Part shown: in pieces, positions 18,809 to 28,358 of the stretch
Numbering within the stretch: the stretch's first letter is position 1
Layout: every line of letters starts with the position of its first letter
From: a virus
Taxonomy: Duplodnaviria; Caudoviricetes
Length of the DNA: 64,000 nt
Reading direction: 5' to 3' (one strand)
IMG/VR virus record: IMGVR_UViG_2866816733_000004
Coordinates: 1-64,000 of that record
Position numbers and translations under genes: made by a program
The notes under the pieces: generated by a model
What the model saw: the letters and a program-made list of their open reading frames with translations, nothing else
Database searches by the model: none
What the model was told of the DNA's origin: nothing

Positions 18809-19614
18809 GCACCATCACCAAGCAGCTCCTCGCCCGACTGAAGGACCACTACCGAAAGCCCGGTACGGCGCAGGACGGCGAGATCCTGGTGACCGAGGTG
18901 ACGGCGCCAGGCTCGAACCGGTCATGTGATCTGCTCCGCGTTGGGATGTGGCAGTCCCGCGGGCTCGGCATCGGCGTCCACGAGTTGAAGGTGTCCCGGT
19001 CGGACTGGCTCCGGGAACTTGACGACCCGGGGAAGGCGGACGCGTGGTGGCGGTTCTGCTCCCGGTTCTGGGTGGTCGCGATGCCTGGCGTGGTGAACGC
19101 GTCGGAGTTGCCGGAGGGGTGGGGGCTGATGCTTCCACCGAATCGGGCGAACGGACGCCGGTTCCGGCCGGTGGTCCCGGCGGCGTCGAGGGAGCCGGAG
19201 GTGTCGCTGCCTCTGCTGGTGGAGATCCTGCGCCGCGCTGACAACATCCGCGTCGCCGAGATGCAGCAGATGCGGATGGTTCACCGCCGCGACCTGTACA
19301 CCAAGGTTGAGCAAGCCCGGCGGACAGCGAACGCCGACGCCCTCGACCTGGTCACCAAGCAGAGCTTGGAGAAGCTGGAGCAGGTCCTCGGTGCGCGTAT
19401 CTCCGACTTTGCCTGGGGCACCGACCTCCCCCTGACGGAGATCACTTCCGGCGAACTCGCGATTGCAGTCTGCGAGTACACGCACCAGCACGTCGCCTTG
19501 CAGCGCCGGGAGGTCGAGCTCGGCCGGATCGAGAGTCGGTTGCAGGGGGTGGCGCAGCGCGTTCTCCGGGATCTGCCGTCGGTGGCTGCGTTGAAGCGTG
19601 GTGATGCGGCGTGA
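18805..19614 (+). CDS. MmcB-like PD-(D/E)XK nuclease-domain protein
   Basis: R.CDLL..G.W.SRG..I..HELKVSRSDWLREL..P.KA..W, ELPEGWGL. Confidence 0.78.
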   Translation: MSTITKQLLARLKDHYRKPGTAQDGEILVTEVTAPGSNRSCDLLRVGMWQSRGLGIGVHELKVSRSDWLRELDDPGKADAWWRFCSRFWVVAMPGVVNASELPEGWGLMLPPNRANGRRFRPVVPAASREPEVSLPLLVEILRRADNIRVAEMQQMRMVHRRDLYTKVEQARRTANADALDLVTKQSLEKLEQVLGARISDFAWGTDLPLTEITSGELAIAVCEYTHQHVALQRREVELGRIESRLQGVAQRVLRDLPSVAALKRGDAA

Positions 19615-19850
19615 TCACTGCACCGGAGACGCTGCCGAACCTGCTGCGGGCCGCAGCGACGATCGCGCGGGTCACGCACAGCCCGGGCTGCCCTGACTTC
19701 GCTGTGCATCGTCGGGCGGCGGAGCTGATGGACCGGGTCGCCGAGGCGGAGGAGTCCGGCGCCCGGCTGCGGGTAGGGGAGCGGGACGCGGCTCTGCGTG
19801 CGGCGGTCACTTACCTGGACACCAAGGACCGGGCGGAGGCGCTGGCGTGA
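19611..19850 (+). CDS. Hypothetical phage protein
   Basis: GTGA coupling. Confidence 0.6.
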   Translation: MITAPETLPNLLRAAATIARVTHSPGCPDFAVHRRAAELMDRVAEAEESGARLRVGERDAALRAAVTYLDTKDRAEALA

Positions 19851-20542
19851 CCCGGGTTCGCGAGCACGGTACCTACGCCAAGTATCGGTTGGAGAACTGC
19901 CGGTGCTACCCCTGCGCAGCGGCGCGCAGCGCCTACGACGAGAACAGGAACCGTGCCATCGCTTACGGGCGGTGGAGCCCGTGGGTGGACGCGGACCCGG
20001 TACGTGTCCATGTCCGGCAGTTGCAGGCGTGTGGGCTGGGTCTCCGGCGTGTCGCTGTCGCCGGTGGCATCGAACGGTCGGTGCTCATCGGCCTGATGAA
20101 CGGCAAGCCGGGGCGGGCACCAGCCCGGAAGGTCCGGCCGCAGACGGCGCTGCGGATCCTTGGAGTGCAGCCGACCCTGGACAACCTGGGCGCGTCCACG
20201 GTCATCGACGCGACCGGCACAGTGCGGAGGCTCCGCGCACTGGTTGCCCAGGGCTGGTCACAGGCCAAACTCGCTGGCCAGTTGGGTATCGCGCCCCGCA
20301 ACTTCACCCAGACGATCAGCGCTGAGCGTGTGATCGTGCGGACAGCCCGCGCGGTTTGCCGCCTGTACGACGAGCTGTGGGACCAACCACCGCCGGAGGA
20401 AGGCCATCGGGACAAGATCGCGGCGTCCCGCGCCCGCAACCACGCACGCGCGCACGGCTGGGCGGGGCCGCTTGCGTGGGATGACCGGGAGCTGGACGAC
20501 CCGGAGGCGCGGCCTCGAGGCGTGCGGCGGGCGGCGGCATGA
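19847..20542 (+). CDS. DNA-binding protein (Zn motif + two HTH-like segments)
   Basis: HGT...Y...CRC..C; VDA.PVR.HV..L...G; RRLRALVAQGWS...LA. Confidence 0.75.
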   Translation: MTRVREHGTYAKYRLENCRCYPCAAARSAYDENRNRAIAYGRWSPWVDADPVRVHVRQLQACGLGLRRVAVAGGIERSVLIGLMNGKPGRAPARKVRPQTALRILGVQPTLDNLGASTVIDATGTVRRLRALVAQGWSQAKLAGQLGIAPRNFTQTISAERVIVRTARAVCRLYDELWDQPPPEEGHRDKIAASRARNHARAHGWAGPLAWDDRELDDPEARPRGVRRAAA

Positions 20543-20775
20543 CCGCAGACCCGTGGAGCGCGTTCCTCGCCGCCCCTGACGCCATACCCCGCGATCGGCT
20601 GGTGGCCGCGGTGAAGGCCGCCTACGCCCTTCACGAGCCGACGACGACCACGAACGGCGTGATCTTGTGCCCGTTCTGTACCCGCTCGTTTGGCGTACTC
20701 ATCTCTGCCCCGTGCGACGCGGCGAAGGACATCCTCGCTGCCCTCAACCCCTCGAAGGAGAGCCGGGATGGCTGA
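20539..20775 (+). CDS. Small Zn-binding hypothetical protein
   Basis: LHEP...CPFC...APC. Confidence 0.6.
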   Translation: MTADPWSAFLAAPDAIPRDRLVAAVKAAYALHEPTTTTNGVILCPFCTRSFGVLISAPCDAAKDILAALNPSKESRDG

Positions 20776-21370
20776 TCTTCTGACCGAGCCGCGAAGCGGT
20801 GACCTCGCGAGTGAGGAGATCGCCGCCCGGTTGGTGGCGATTACCGCGAACCTCGACGCGCACATCGAGGAGAGGGCAATTGTGATAGCGGCCGAGCGGA
20901 TCACTGCCGCCGAGGACGCCGCCGAGCAGAAGGTCGCCGGCCTCATGGCCAGCCACGCGTCCGAAGTCCAGCGGCTCGAAGACCTGATCAAGGAACTGCG
21001 GCGGCAACTCAAGCCGCTCAGACGCCACATCGAGGAGACCTGCCCGGAGGTGAAGGAGCGGAGAGCCCGCTTCGAGGCGGAGCGCACCGGACGCCTCGAC
21101 CTCGACGTCGGCCACGACCGGGACCTTCTCCTGGACGCAGCCCGGGTGGTCATCGAGACCCAGCGTGCGGACCGCACCACCATCCAGCGGAAGGCCCGTG
21201 TCGGGTTCGCGAAGGCAGGGCGGTTGCTGGAGCTGCTTGAGCAATTCCGGGTAATCGGACCCGTCCCGGCGACGACGAGCGGGAAACGGCCAGTGCTGCT
21301 GCCGAAGGAGGAGACAGACGGGGCGCTGAAGCGGCTACGCAAGGAGATCGGAGAGGCCAGCAATGGCTGA
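20768..21370 (+). CDS. Coiled-coil protein with C-terminal FtsK-gamma domain
   Basis: DLLLDAARVVIETQ.A..TTIQRK.RVGFAKAGRLLELLEQ..VIGP...K.R.VL. Confidence 0.85.
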   Translation: MADLLTEPRSGDLASEEIAARLVAITANLDAHIEERAIVIAAERITAAEDAAEQKVAGLMASHASEVQRLEDLIKELRRQLKPLRRHIEETCPEVKERRARFEAERTGRLDLDVGHDRDLLLDAARVVIETQRADRTTIQRKARVGFAKAGRLLELLEQFRVIGPVPATTSGKRPVLLPKEETDGALKRLRKEIGEASNG

Positions 21371-21824
21371 GCGGATCCAGCGGCGACGAGTCCGCGGCTG
21401 GCGGCTTCCCGAGGGCGCGGTGGTGGTGGACCGTACATCCCGGTTCGGGAACCCGTTCACCGAGGCCGCTGCCGAGGCGGCCGGTGAGGAAGGCCCGCGG
21501 GGTGCGGTGGTCGACGCGTACGCCGAGTGGCTGTCGGGCTGCGAGACCTACGAGGACGTGTACATGCTGCATCGCCGTAGCTTCGACCGGCTGTGGGTGT
21601 GGGATCACCTACCTGATCTGGCCGGTAAGGACCTGGCGTGCTGGTGCCCGCTGCCCGCGGACGGTGAGCCGGACATCTGCCATGGCGCGGTTCTCCTGGC
21701 CGCTGTGGAGCAGGCTGCGGCGGTGGAGAAGGGGTGCCGGGGCGGTGCTGGGGCGTGGGTTCCTGAGCGGCGTCGGCATTGGCGGTCGATGAAGGACGTG
21801 CCCGTGACGGGAGCGCTTCTGTGA
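21363..21824 (+). CDS. DUF4326 domain protein
   Basis: RIQRRR.RGWRLPEGAV.VDR.SRFGNPF...LAGKDLACWCP...CH..VLL. Confidence 0.9.
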   Translation: MAERIQRRRVRGWRLPEGAVVVDRTSRFGNPFTEAAAEAAGEEGPRGAVVDAYAEWLSGCETYEDVYMLHRRSFDRLWVWDHLPDLAGKDLACWCPLPADGEPDICHGAVLLAAVEQAAAVEKGCRGGAGAWVPERRRHWRSMKDVPVTGALL

Positions 21825-22072
21825 GGCGCCTTCGCCGACCTGGCTCGCCGTGGCGTCTCCTCGTCGACCTGCTGGTTGCCGTTGTGGCTCGCCGTCCCCG
21901 CTGGCATCGGACGCCATGCATGGCCGCGGCCCGACACGCGCCACGTCCGCCGGTGCGGTCCTACACAGCGCCGTCGGATGATCCTGCGCTGGATCGCCTT
22001 GCAGCGGCGGGTGGGGATCTGGACGCGCACCGGATCGTGCACGCCCAGAGTAGAGGTGACCGTGATGGCTGA
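21821..22072 (+). CDS. Hypothetical protein
   Basis: GTGA coupling; weak. Confidence 0.4.
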   Translation: MRRLRRPGSPWRLLVDLLVAVVARRPRWHRTPCMAAARHAPRPPVRSYTAPSDDPALDRLAAAGGDLDAHRIVHAQSRGDRDG

Positions 22073-22301
22073 CGCCGACCGCCCCACCGTCGTGGCGACC
22101 GCCCCGCAACTGCTGTGCGCTGCGGCGGGAGACGTGGTTGTGGTGCACATGCTGGAGGGCGGCGAGGCGCTGCTGCGGCTACCGACGGCCGCGGAGTTCC
22201 TCGCCCTGTGGGGTGTGCAGGTCCCGAGCCGGGCTGACGCGGCGATGGCCGAGCGGATCGTCGCCCCGCACATCCAGCGACGGGACGGCATCCATGGCTG
22301 A
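22065..22301 (+). CDS. Hypothetical protein
   Basis: SD GAGGTG; high GC3. Confidence 0.6.
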   Translation: MADADRPTVVATAPQLLCAAAGDVVVVHMLEGGEALLRLPTAAEFLALWGVQVPSRADAAMAERIVAPHIQRRDGIHG

Positions 22302-22358
22302 GTGCCCAGCGATCGCCCCGCACGCCCCCACAGACCCGCTCAGCCCCACGGAGGACAG

Positions 22359-22640
22359 ATGAAGCCCGCCGCCTCACCTGAGCCCGCACCGCGCTTTGCC
22401 ACCATCCACGTGCGCCGCTTCGGCGAGCACGAGCGGATCCCGATCGTGCTGAACGACCGCGGGGCCTGCGGCCTCCCGAGCGACCACCGAAGGCGAGGCT
22501 GCATCGGCCTGAACATCCAGGGCGGCGGGTCTCACCAGCTCGTTCACCTGACGGCCGACGAGGCGCTGCGGCTATCGGACCTGCTGCGCGCGATGGCCGA
22601 AGCGGACACCGCCCACGACGAGGAGCCCGACCATGCCTGA
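22359..22640 (+). CDS. Hypothetical protein
   Basis: SD GGAGG. Confidence 0.65.
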   Translation: MKPAASPEPAPRFATIHVRRFGEHERIPIVLNDRGACGLPSDHRRRGCIGLNIQGGGSHQLVHLTADEALRLSDLLRAMAEADTAHDEEPDHA

Positions 22641-22995
22641 CGTGCCCAGCACACCACCGCTCACGCCCACCCTGCCCGAGGACGTGCCCACACTCCAGTC
22701 CCGCCTGCCCGCGCATCAGCAGGCGGGCTACGACGCCGTCTACGCGGTGATCCGCTCCACACCCGGCGACGCCTGGCGCAACGCGCTCATCTGGCGGGCC
22801 GTCGAGGCGTACCGCACCGCCGCCGAGCCCAAGCACGACCGGTGGGTCCGCGAGCAGGTCGCCGCCGAGGACAAGCGCGACCGGTCCGACGCGCTCAACC
22901 GAGTCATCGCAGTGATCGAGGGTTACGAGTGCGTCCCGTGGGACGTGCCCGTTCCCGTGAGCCTTTTCCGCAAGGCCGTGGAGGGACGCCGATGA
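22633..22995 (+). CDS. Hypothetical protein
   Basis: SD GAGGAG; YDAVY..IR...RNA.IWRAV. Confidence 0.7.
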   Translation: MPDVPSTPPLTPTLPEDVPTLQSRLPAHQQAGYDAVYAVIRSTPGDAWRNALIWRAVEAYRTAAEPKHDRWVREQVAAEDKRDRSDALNRVIAVIEGYECVPWDVPVPVSLFRKAVEGRR

Positions 22996-23183
22996 GCATC
23001 CGCGCGATCAAGATCGGCTGCGATACCCCCGCCTGCTGGGCGTTCTGCAAGATCGATCAACCCACCGCCGACAAAGCCCGCGAGTACGCCGCCGAACGGT
23101 GGGGCTGGACGCGCCGCGACGGCCTCGACATCTGCGACCCGTGCAGCCGGGGCAACACCCCGCAGGCGCGGGGCGAGTCGTGA
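22992..23183 (+). CDS. Small Zn-ribbon protein
   Basis: CD..AC...AR..A...GW...D.C..C. Confidence 0.65.
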   Translation: MSIRAIKIGCDTPACWAFCKIDQPTADKAREYAAERWGWTRRDGLDICDPCSRGNTPQARGES

Positions 23184-24517
23184 CCGGCGACCGCACGCCC
23201 ACCGGCGACTGCCCGACGGCGCACCGCCTCATGCTGGCCCGCCAGCACGCCCACGACGGCGAGGCAACCCAGGAGGACGCCCGCATCCTCGCCGACGTGA
23301 TCGCGGACTGGCTGGCCCCGCCCACCGGCGACACACCAACGCCCGTCCGCTGGAACGTCTGTCCTGACTGCGGCGACCGCCACCCCGGCGGTGCCGCATG
23401 CCACGACACCCCGCCGGACGCGACTACGCCCGATTCGACCGTTTCCGCAGCCCAGACGCCGGACAGCACCGCGCCTTTGGGCCAGGCATTGGAACAACGG
23501 GAGCCTCAAAGCAGCCTCAAAGGCGCGCCCACCGAGGACCTGCGCGGGCGGCTGATCGCCGCGATAGACGACGAGCCGCACTTCAGCTCAGCCGAAATCG
23601 TCACCACCGTGATGCGCGTCCTGGCCGAGCCGCGGCAAGGCGACCTGAGCGAGCGGCTCTCCGCCGCCCTGCTCACCGACACCTGGGGAGACGACAGTCC
23701 CCGCGTCGCACACGGCCAGCACATCCACGACCGCGCATGCGCCATCTGCCACGGCGACGTGGACGCCATCGCCCGCGTCGTCATGCGCGTGGTCGAGCAC
23801 GACATCCTCGCCGCCTGGGTCCAGGGCTTCCACGCGCCTGACCGAACCGTTTCCGAACAGGAAACAGTTCGCCCTGACCTGCGCGACCAGATCGCCGAGG
23901 CACTGCTGAACGTCGACGCCTGGGCCCAATTGAAACGCCGGGACGACCGCGAGCGCTTCGCCGACGCCGTCCTGCCCATCGTCGAGGCCGAAATCGCAGG
24001 GCTGCGCCAGCGCGCCCAGGACGCCGAGGAGGACGCCGCCTACCTCAACGAGGAGATCATCACCCCGGAGCGCGCCCTGCACGAGCAGACCATCATGCGC
24101 GCCGAGGAGGCCGAGGCCGTCGTCGAGCGGGCTACGTTCGTCCGCCAGGTGCTCGACCTGTTCGACAAGGCAGACATCCACTCGGAACTGCTCTGGCGCG
24201 TCCAGGACGACACCGTCCGGCTGTACGCCAACGTCAGCGACACCTTCGACTGGGCTACCGCGGACCTCGAAGAGATCACCGTCGAGCGGCTGCCCGTTCT
24301 CCAGCAGGCGTACGACGACCTGATCGCGATCGACTCGGCAGAGGAAACCGCGACCTTGTTCGCCGCCCGCGTCCGTGGCGTGCGCCCGCAGGGTGCCGCC
24401 CATCCGGATCACCCGACCGTGTGCAGGCTGCTGGACGAATGCGGCCCCGAGCGTCAGCTCGGCCTCGCTAATCCGAAGCCGCCGGCCGCCCTCGACGACG
24501 TGGAGGCCGCGCCGTGA
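23180..24517 (+). CDS. Mosaic multi-module hypothetical protein
   Basis: Repeated DLR..IA.A modules, coiled coil, C-terminal R..RPQGA...CGPER domain. Confidence 0.75.
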   Translation: MTGDRTPTGDCPTAHRLMLARQHAHDGEATQEDARILADVIADWLAPPTGDTPTPVRWNVCPDCGDRHPGGAACHDTPPDATTPDSTVSAAQTPDSTAPLGQALEQREPQSSLKGAPTEDLRGRLIAAIDDEPHFSSAEIVTTVMRVLAEPRQGDLSERLSAALLTDTWGDDSPRVAHGQHIHDRACAICHGDVDAIARVVMRVVEHDILAAWVQGFHAPDRTVSEQETVRPDLRDQIAEALLNVDAWAQLKRRDDRERFADAVLPIVEAEIAGLRQRAQDAEEDAAYLNEEIITPERALHEQTIMRAEEAEAVVERATFVRQVLDLFDKADIHSELLWRVQDDTVRLYANVSDTFDWATADLEEITVERLPVLQQAYDDLIAIDSAEETATLFAARVRGVRPQGAAHPDHPTVCRLLDECGPERQLGLANPKPPAALDDVEAAP

Positions 24518-24644
24518 CGCAACCCGACCACACCCCGCCGCCCACCTACGTCTGCGACAACACCCCGCCGCCCCGCAGCAGGGTCACCGGCTGGTACCGC
24601 GTCCTCCGCTGGTGGGCGGGCGCCCTCGCCGCAAGGTGGCGCCG

Positions 24645-24827
24645 ATGATCTGCCCGCCCTGCCGCGACCGCGACCACCTCGCCTGCGTGTCGGGCGACTG
24701 CACCTGCGGCCACGCCGGAACCCCCGTCCGCGCGCTCACCGGCGCCGAGCGGCAGGCCGTCCGCGACGGCACCCTCACCGCCCACGTCATGCCCCGCGAG
24801 ACCACCCAGGAGATGCCCGATGCCTGA
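24645..24827 (+). CDS. Small Cys-rich protein
   Basis: MICPPCR..H..C...CTCGH. Confidence 0.6.
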   Translation: MICPPCRDRDHLACVSGDCTCGHAGTPVRALTGAERQAVRDGTLTAHVMPRETTQEMPDA

Positions 24828-25140
24828 CACCGCCCGCCGCGTGAACGTCTCGCTCACGTTCGCCACCGACGTGTTGCCTCATCACGCCCTGATGAGAGTG
24901 ACCGCCTGTCTGCCCGACGAGTACTCCGTCCGTTTGGAGTCCACCAGCGTCCACGCCTTCGACCTCGCCGAGGACGACGCGGACGAGCCGTGCGTGCAGC
25001 TCGTCGTGGACGCCACGGCAGGGCTGCTGAAGGCGTACGTGGACAACCCGCAGCGAGCGGAGGAGTTCGCGACCCATACGGGCGCGGTCGTCGACGAGCT
25101 GCCGATCACCGCCGACCACCGGGGCGAGGCGACCGCGTGA
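24820..25140 (+). CDS. Hypothetical protein
   Basis: SD AGGAG; VVDELPI..DHR. Confidence 0.65.
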   Translation: MPDTARRVNVSLTFATDVLPHHALMRVTACLPDEYSVRLESTSVHAFDLAEDDADEPCVQLVVDATAGLLKAYVDNPQRAEEFATHTGAVVDELPITADHRGEATA

Positions 25141-25379
25141 GGGACGACCGGACGACGCTCACGATCCCAGGGATGCGCGCCGGCGCACTGTGGCGCCGTT
25201 CCGTCCGCGCGGCCATTCGCAACGCCTGCGTGCTCGGCGCCGAGGTCCACGTCAACGAGGAGTGGCACCTGCTCGACTCGCGGTTCACCATCCGCGCGGT
25301 GGGCAACCTCCGTGAGCTGGCCCCGCTGGTGGAGCTGCTCAAGGCAGCTCAGGCGCGCGAAGCCAAGGAGGCCCGTTGA
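25137..25379 (+). CDS. Hypothetical protein
   Basis: GTGA coupling. Confidence 0.6.
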   Translation: MRDDRTTLTIPGMRAGALWRRSVRAAIRNACVLGAEVHVNEEWHLLDSRFTIRAVGNLRELAPLVELLKAAQAREAKEAR

Positions 25380-25660
25380 ACGTCATCACCCTCGCCTGCG
25401 ACTGCCGCGACCGGCTCGAACGCTTCTTCCGCTGGAGGGCCGTCCACCGCGTCGGCTACGACCCGGCGCCCGCCCTCGGCGGCGGCCGGTACTACCTGGC
25501 CATCGGCACCCGAGGCTGGCGAACCGAGCACGAGTACGAGCTGTCTCGCGACGACATGGAGATGCTCGGCGAGGCCATCAGCGACCTGCTCGCCACTACC
25601 CGCCCCAACGACCGGGGCGGATGGCAGTGGTTCGACCCCGAGACCGAGGAGACCCGATGA
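25376..25660 (+). CDS. Hypothetical protein
   Basis: TTGA coupling, SD AGGAGG. Confidence 0.6.
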   Translation: MNVITLACDCRDRLERFFRWRAVHRVGYDPAPALGGGRYYLAIGTRGWRTEHEYELSRDDMEMLGEAISDLLATTRPNDRGGWQWFDPETEETR

Positions 25661-25702
25661 TCGGCCGCACCCTGCTCGCCCGCACCATCAGGGAGAAATG
25701 AC

Positions 25703-26284
25703 ATGCGCAAGATTCCGACGGTCTTCCTCAGGGACTGGGACAACAACCCCAAACACGTCACCCGCGAACCCAACCCGGAATGCGCCTGGGTGTTCGCCGG
25801 CGCCGGCGACGCGACCCGCAAATACGACGGGACCTGCGTGATGCTCGACGAGCACGGCGACTGGTGGGCACGTCGCGAGGTCAAGCCAGGCAAGACCCCT
25901 CCGCCCGGTTTCGTTGAAGTCGGCCGCGATGAGGAGACCGGCAAGGCGATGGGCTGGGAACCCATCGCACAGTCCGGATTCGCCAAGCATTTCGAGCAGG
26001 CCCTGGACCATCTCCGCGGGAGCTCCGCGCCGACGCCGCCCGGCACCTATGAGCTCATCGGCCCGAAGATCAACGGCAACCCCGAACACCGCGACACCCA
26101 CACCCTGGTCTGCCACGCCCACGCTGAGATCAGCCCCGACGACCGCGACCACGACTTGCGTACCTACGACACCATCCGCGATCTAGTAGCCGGTCTCGCA
26201 ACCCAGAACGGCTGGGAAGGGCTGGTCTACCACGCGCCGGACGGACGCATGGCCAAGATCAAAGCCAAGGACTTCCCCGCGTGA
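25703..26284 (+). CDS. RNA ligase-like nucleotidyltransferase (DUF5565-like)
   Basis: Motif I ATRKYDGT, GTYELIGPKINGNPE, EGLVY, MAKIK. Confidence 0.85.
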   Translation: MRKIPTVFLRDWDNNPKHVTREPNPECAWVFAGAGDATRKYDGTCVMLDEHGDWWARREVKPGKTPPPGFVEVGRDEETGKAMGWEPIAQSGFAKHFEQALDHLRGSSAPTPPGTYELIGPKINGNPEHRDTHTLVCHAHAEISPDDRDHDLRTYDTIRDLVAGLATQNGWEGLVYHAPDGRMAKIKAKDFPA

Positions 26285-26457
26285 CCACCGAGAAGACCGT
26301 CAAACATGACGCCGCCGACCCCAAACACGGCATGACCCTCGACGAACTCGCCGCGTTCATCCAGGAAGCAATGCGCGCCGAGATCCCCGGCGACACCATC
26401 GTCCACTCCACGGCGACGTGGCGATCCAGCATCAAGCGCATCGAAGTCAAGGGCTGA
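26281..26457 (+). CDS. Small hypothetical protein
   Basis: GTGA coupling; GMTLDELAAF. Confidence 0.6.
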   Translation: MTTEKTVKHDAADPKHGMTLDELAAFIQEAMRAEIPGDTIVHSTATWRSSIKRIEVKG

Positions 26458-26482
26458 CGCCTGCACAACCCATGGGGGGATT

Positions 26483-27361
26483 ATGACGAACACCGACGAC
26501 GGGATGCACGACTGTGCGCGTGGGGAGCGCTGCGCAGCCCGCAAGACTATCGCAGGGGACGGCGGGGAACGGATCATCGTCCCGGCACAGACGTACCGGG
26601 TGTTCTGCGACGGCGACCGCGACCGTGTCCGAGTCTGCGTCGCCGAGCTACCGAACCGGTACACCGAACTCCGCACACGCATCGGCGACCGCCGCATCGT
26701 CGACGGCCCCCGGGTGTCCGGCGGGGGCCGGTCAGCGCCCGTCCCCATCAACCTCGGTGTCGACGCGCTCCTCCGGCAGATCGAAGAGATCACCCTGTCG
26801 TGGGACGAACGCGTCCGGGTCCTCGCCCGCCTCGCCGACCTCACCGCACCCTCCCACGCCCATGCGGTCACTGCGGCATGCGGGATGCTCACCGCCCACG
26901 TCGACGTCCTCCTCGGCCTCGACGCCGACGACATGACCCGCACCATGGACCTCACCCGCCGCGAGTACCTCCCCGACGACGCGACCGGCTGGGTGTTCCC
27001 CGCTGGCGGCTGGATCCTCTACTACGCTGCGCTCGGCGCGGCTGAGGCGGGCCGTGAGGTCCTCAACCTGCATCACCGGTCCCTGGCGATGCTTGGGTAC
27101 GCGCCCCAACATCACGACCTGATTGTGGCGTGCTGGGAGTGCGGGGAACGGTCGCTGCGCCGCCACGACGGCACTGCCGGCCTCGCCGACCACGTGGAGT
27201 GTCTCCGCTGCCGGGAGCAGTACCTCGGGTCACGGCTTCGGTCGCTGATGGTGGAGGAGGAGCAGGCGCAGCTGCGGAAGGCGGGCCGGGAACGCCGCCG
27301 CACCGACCCGGGCCGGGTAGTGCTGGCAGGCAGCCGTGACGGCACAGGAGGCAGGGCATGA
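26483..27361 (+). CDS. Zn-ribbon protein at end of early operon (putative late transcription regulator)
   Basis: Cys pairs, PVPINL, CWECG..L.R...VEC.RC; position typical of actinophage late regulators. Confidence 0.55.
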   Translation: MTNTDDGMHDCARGERCAARKTIAGDGGERIIVPAQTYRVFCDGDRDRVRVCVAELPNRYTELRTRIGDRRIVDGPRVSGGGRSAPVPINLGVDALLRQIEEITLSWDERVRVLARLADLTAPSHAHAVTAACGMLTAHVDVLLGLDADDMTRTMDLTRREYLPDDATGWVFPAGGWILYYAALGAAEAGREVLNLHHRSLAMLGYAPQHHDLIVACWECGERSLRRHDGTAGLADHVECLRCREQYLGSRLRSLMVEEEQAQLRKAGRERRRTDPGRVVLAGSRDGTGGRA

Positions 27362-27732
27362 CCGATTCGCGCGAGACCCTCGCCGCGATCGACACCGCAG
27401 TAGACGCGTGGAGTGACTACGACGAGACCGTCAGCAACGACGCGATGCGGTGGGCGCCCGAACCGCCTGTTGAGGATCACCCCCACACGCAGCCGCGTCC
27501 GCGGATCGAGGCCGTCGAAGTCAGGGTGAGAACCAGCGACGGTGTTGAGCACATCTACACCATGCCGGACGCGCGAGATGTCACCATAGACATGGACTTG
27601 GAGGATCCCTATCTGGACGATCCATGGTCCCTGTCTTCCCCGGCGCAGTTCGTGGGGTCGCTGCGAGTCGAGCTGTTCAGCTTGACCGTCCGCTGCCCTC
27701 GCGAAGTGAACGAGACACGCCGAGAGATCTGA
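27358..27732 (+). CDS. Hypothetical protein
   Basis: ATGA coupling; VS.DAMRW.P motif. Confidence 0.65.
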   Translation: MTDSRETLAAIDTAVDAWSDYDETVSNDAMRWAPEPPVEDHPHTQPRPRIEAVEVRVRTSDGVEHIYTMPDARDVTIDMDLEDPYLDDPWSLSSPAQFVGSLRVELFSLTVRCPREVNETRREI

Positions 27733-27827
27733 TCGAAGCGCTGGTCAAGAGATCGGGGCACACCCAAGTAGCGTTTCCGGACGCTGCGTGCAAGAATTCA
27801 AGCCTAGCTTGGTGGATGTCTGCCCCA

Positions 27828-27857
27828 GAGGCCCCGTGCCCTGGGGCTTTCCGTTTC
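27828..27857 (+). terminator. Terminator-like hairpin
   Basis: GGCCCC-gtgccct-GGGGCT followed by TTCCGTTTCT. Confidence 0.45.
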
Positions 27858-27869
27858 TCAGGGGGTGAC

Positions 27870-28151
27870 ATGCCCCCCGCGCTCAAGCCCGTTCCGGTCA
27901 CCGCGGTCGAGGCAGCTGGCCGCCTCGACCGCTCGGTCGGAACCGTCTACTCATGGGTGACCCGCCACGGCGCCCGGCGCCTCAAGCGCATCAACCGGAG
28001 GATGTACTACGACCTGAACGATCTCCGCGTGATCGAGCGGGAGATCGGTCACGGCCACCCGGTCCCGGCGACACCGGAGGCACGCGCTGAGATCGCGGAC
28101 GGCTGCCCGCTCCGCCGACAGGAACTGGCCGTCCGCTCGACTGCCGCCTGA
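27870..28151 (+). CDS. MerR/Xis-like HTH DNA-binding protein
   Basis: VTAVEAAGRLDRSVGTVYSWVTR...YYDLNDL. Confidence 0.72.
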   Translation: MPPALKPVPVTAVEAAGRLDRSVGTVYSWVTRHGARRLKRINRRMYYDLNDLRVIEREIGHGHPVPATPEARAEIADGCPLRRQELAVRSTAA

Positions 28152-28358
28152 TCCCCAAGACGCACACCCGGGCCTCAGCTCACAGCGCCCCGGCGCGCCC
28201 CCTGGCGTGCCCACACCCCGCGCAGTTCGGCGTCCCCGTCCGTCTGCGCAAGGCCGGGAGCCCGCACCGTAGAGCGCGTGGGGTGTCCACGATGCGGGCT
28301 CCCGGTCCACCTCCGGCCTGTCGGCCGTTCACGACACGACCAGCAGCCGGGAGGCGCC

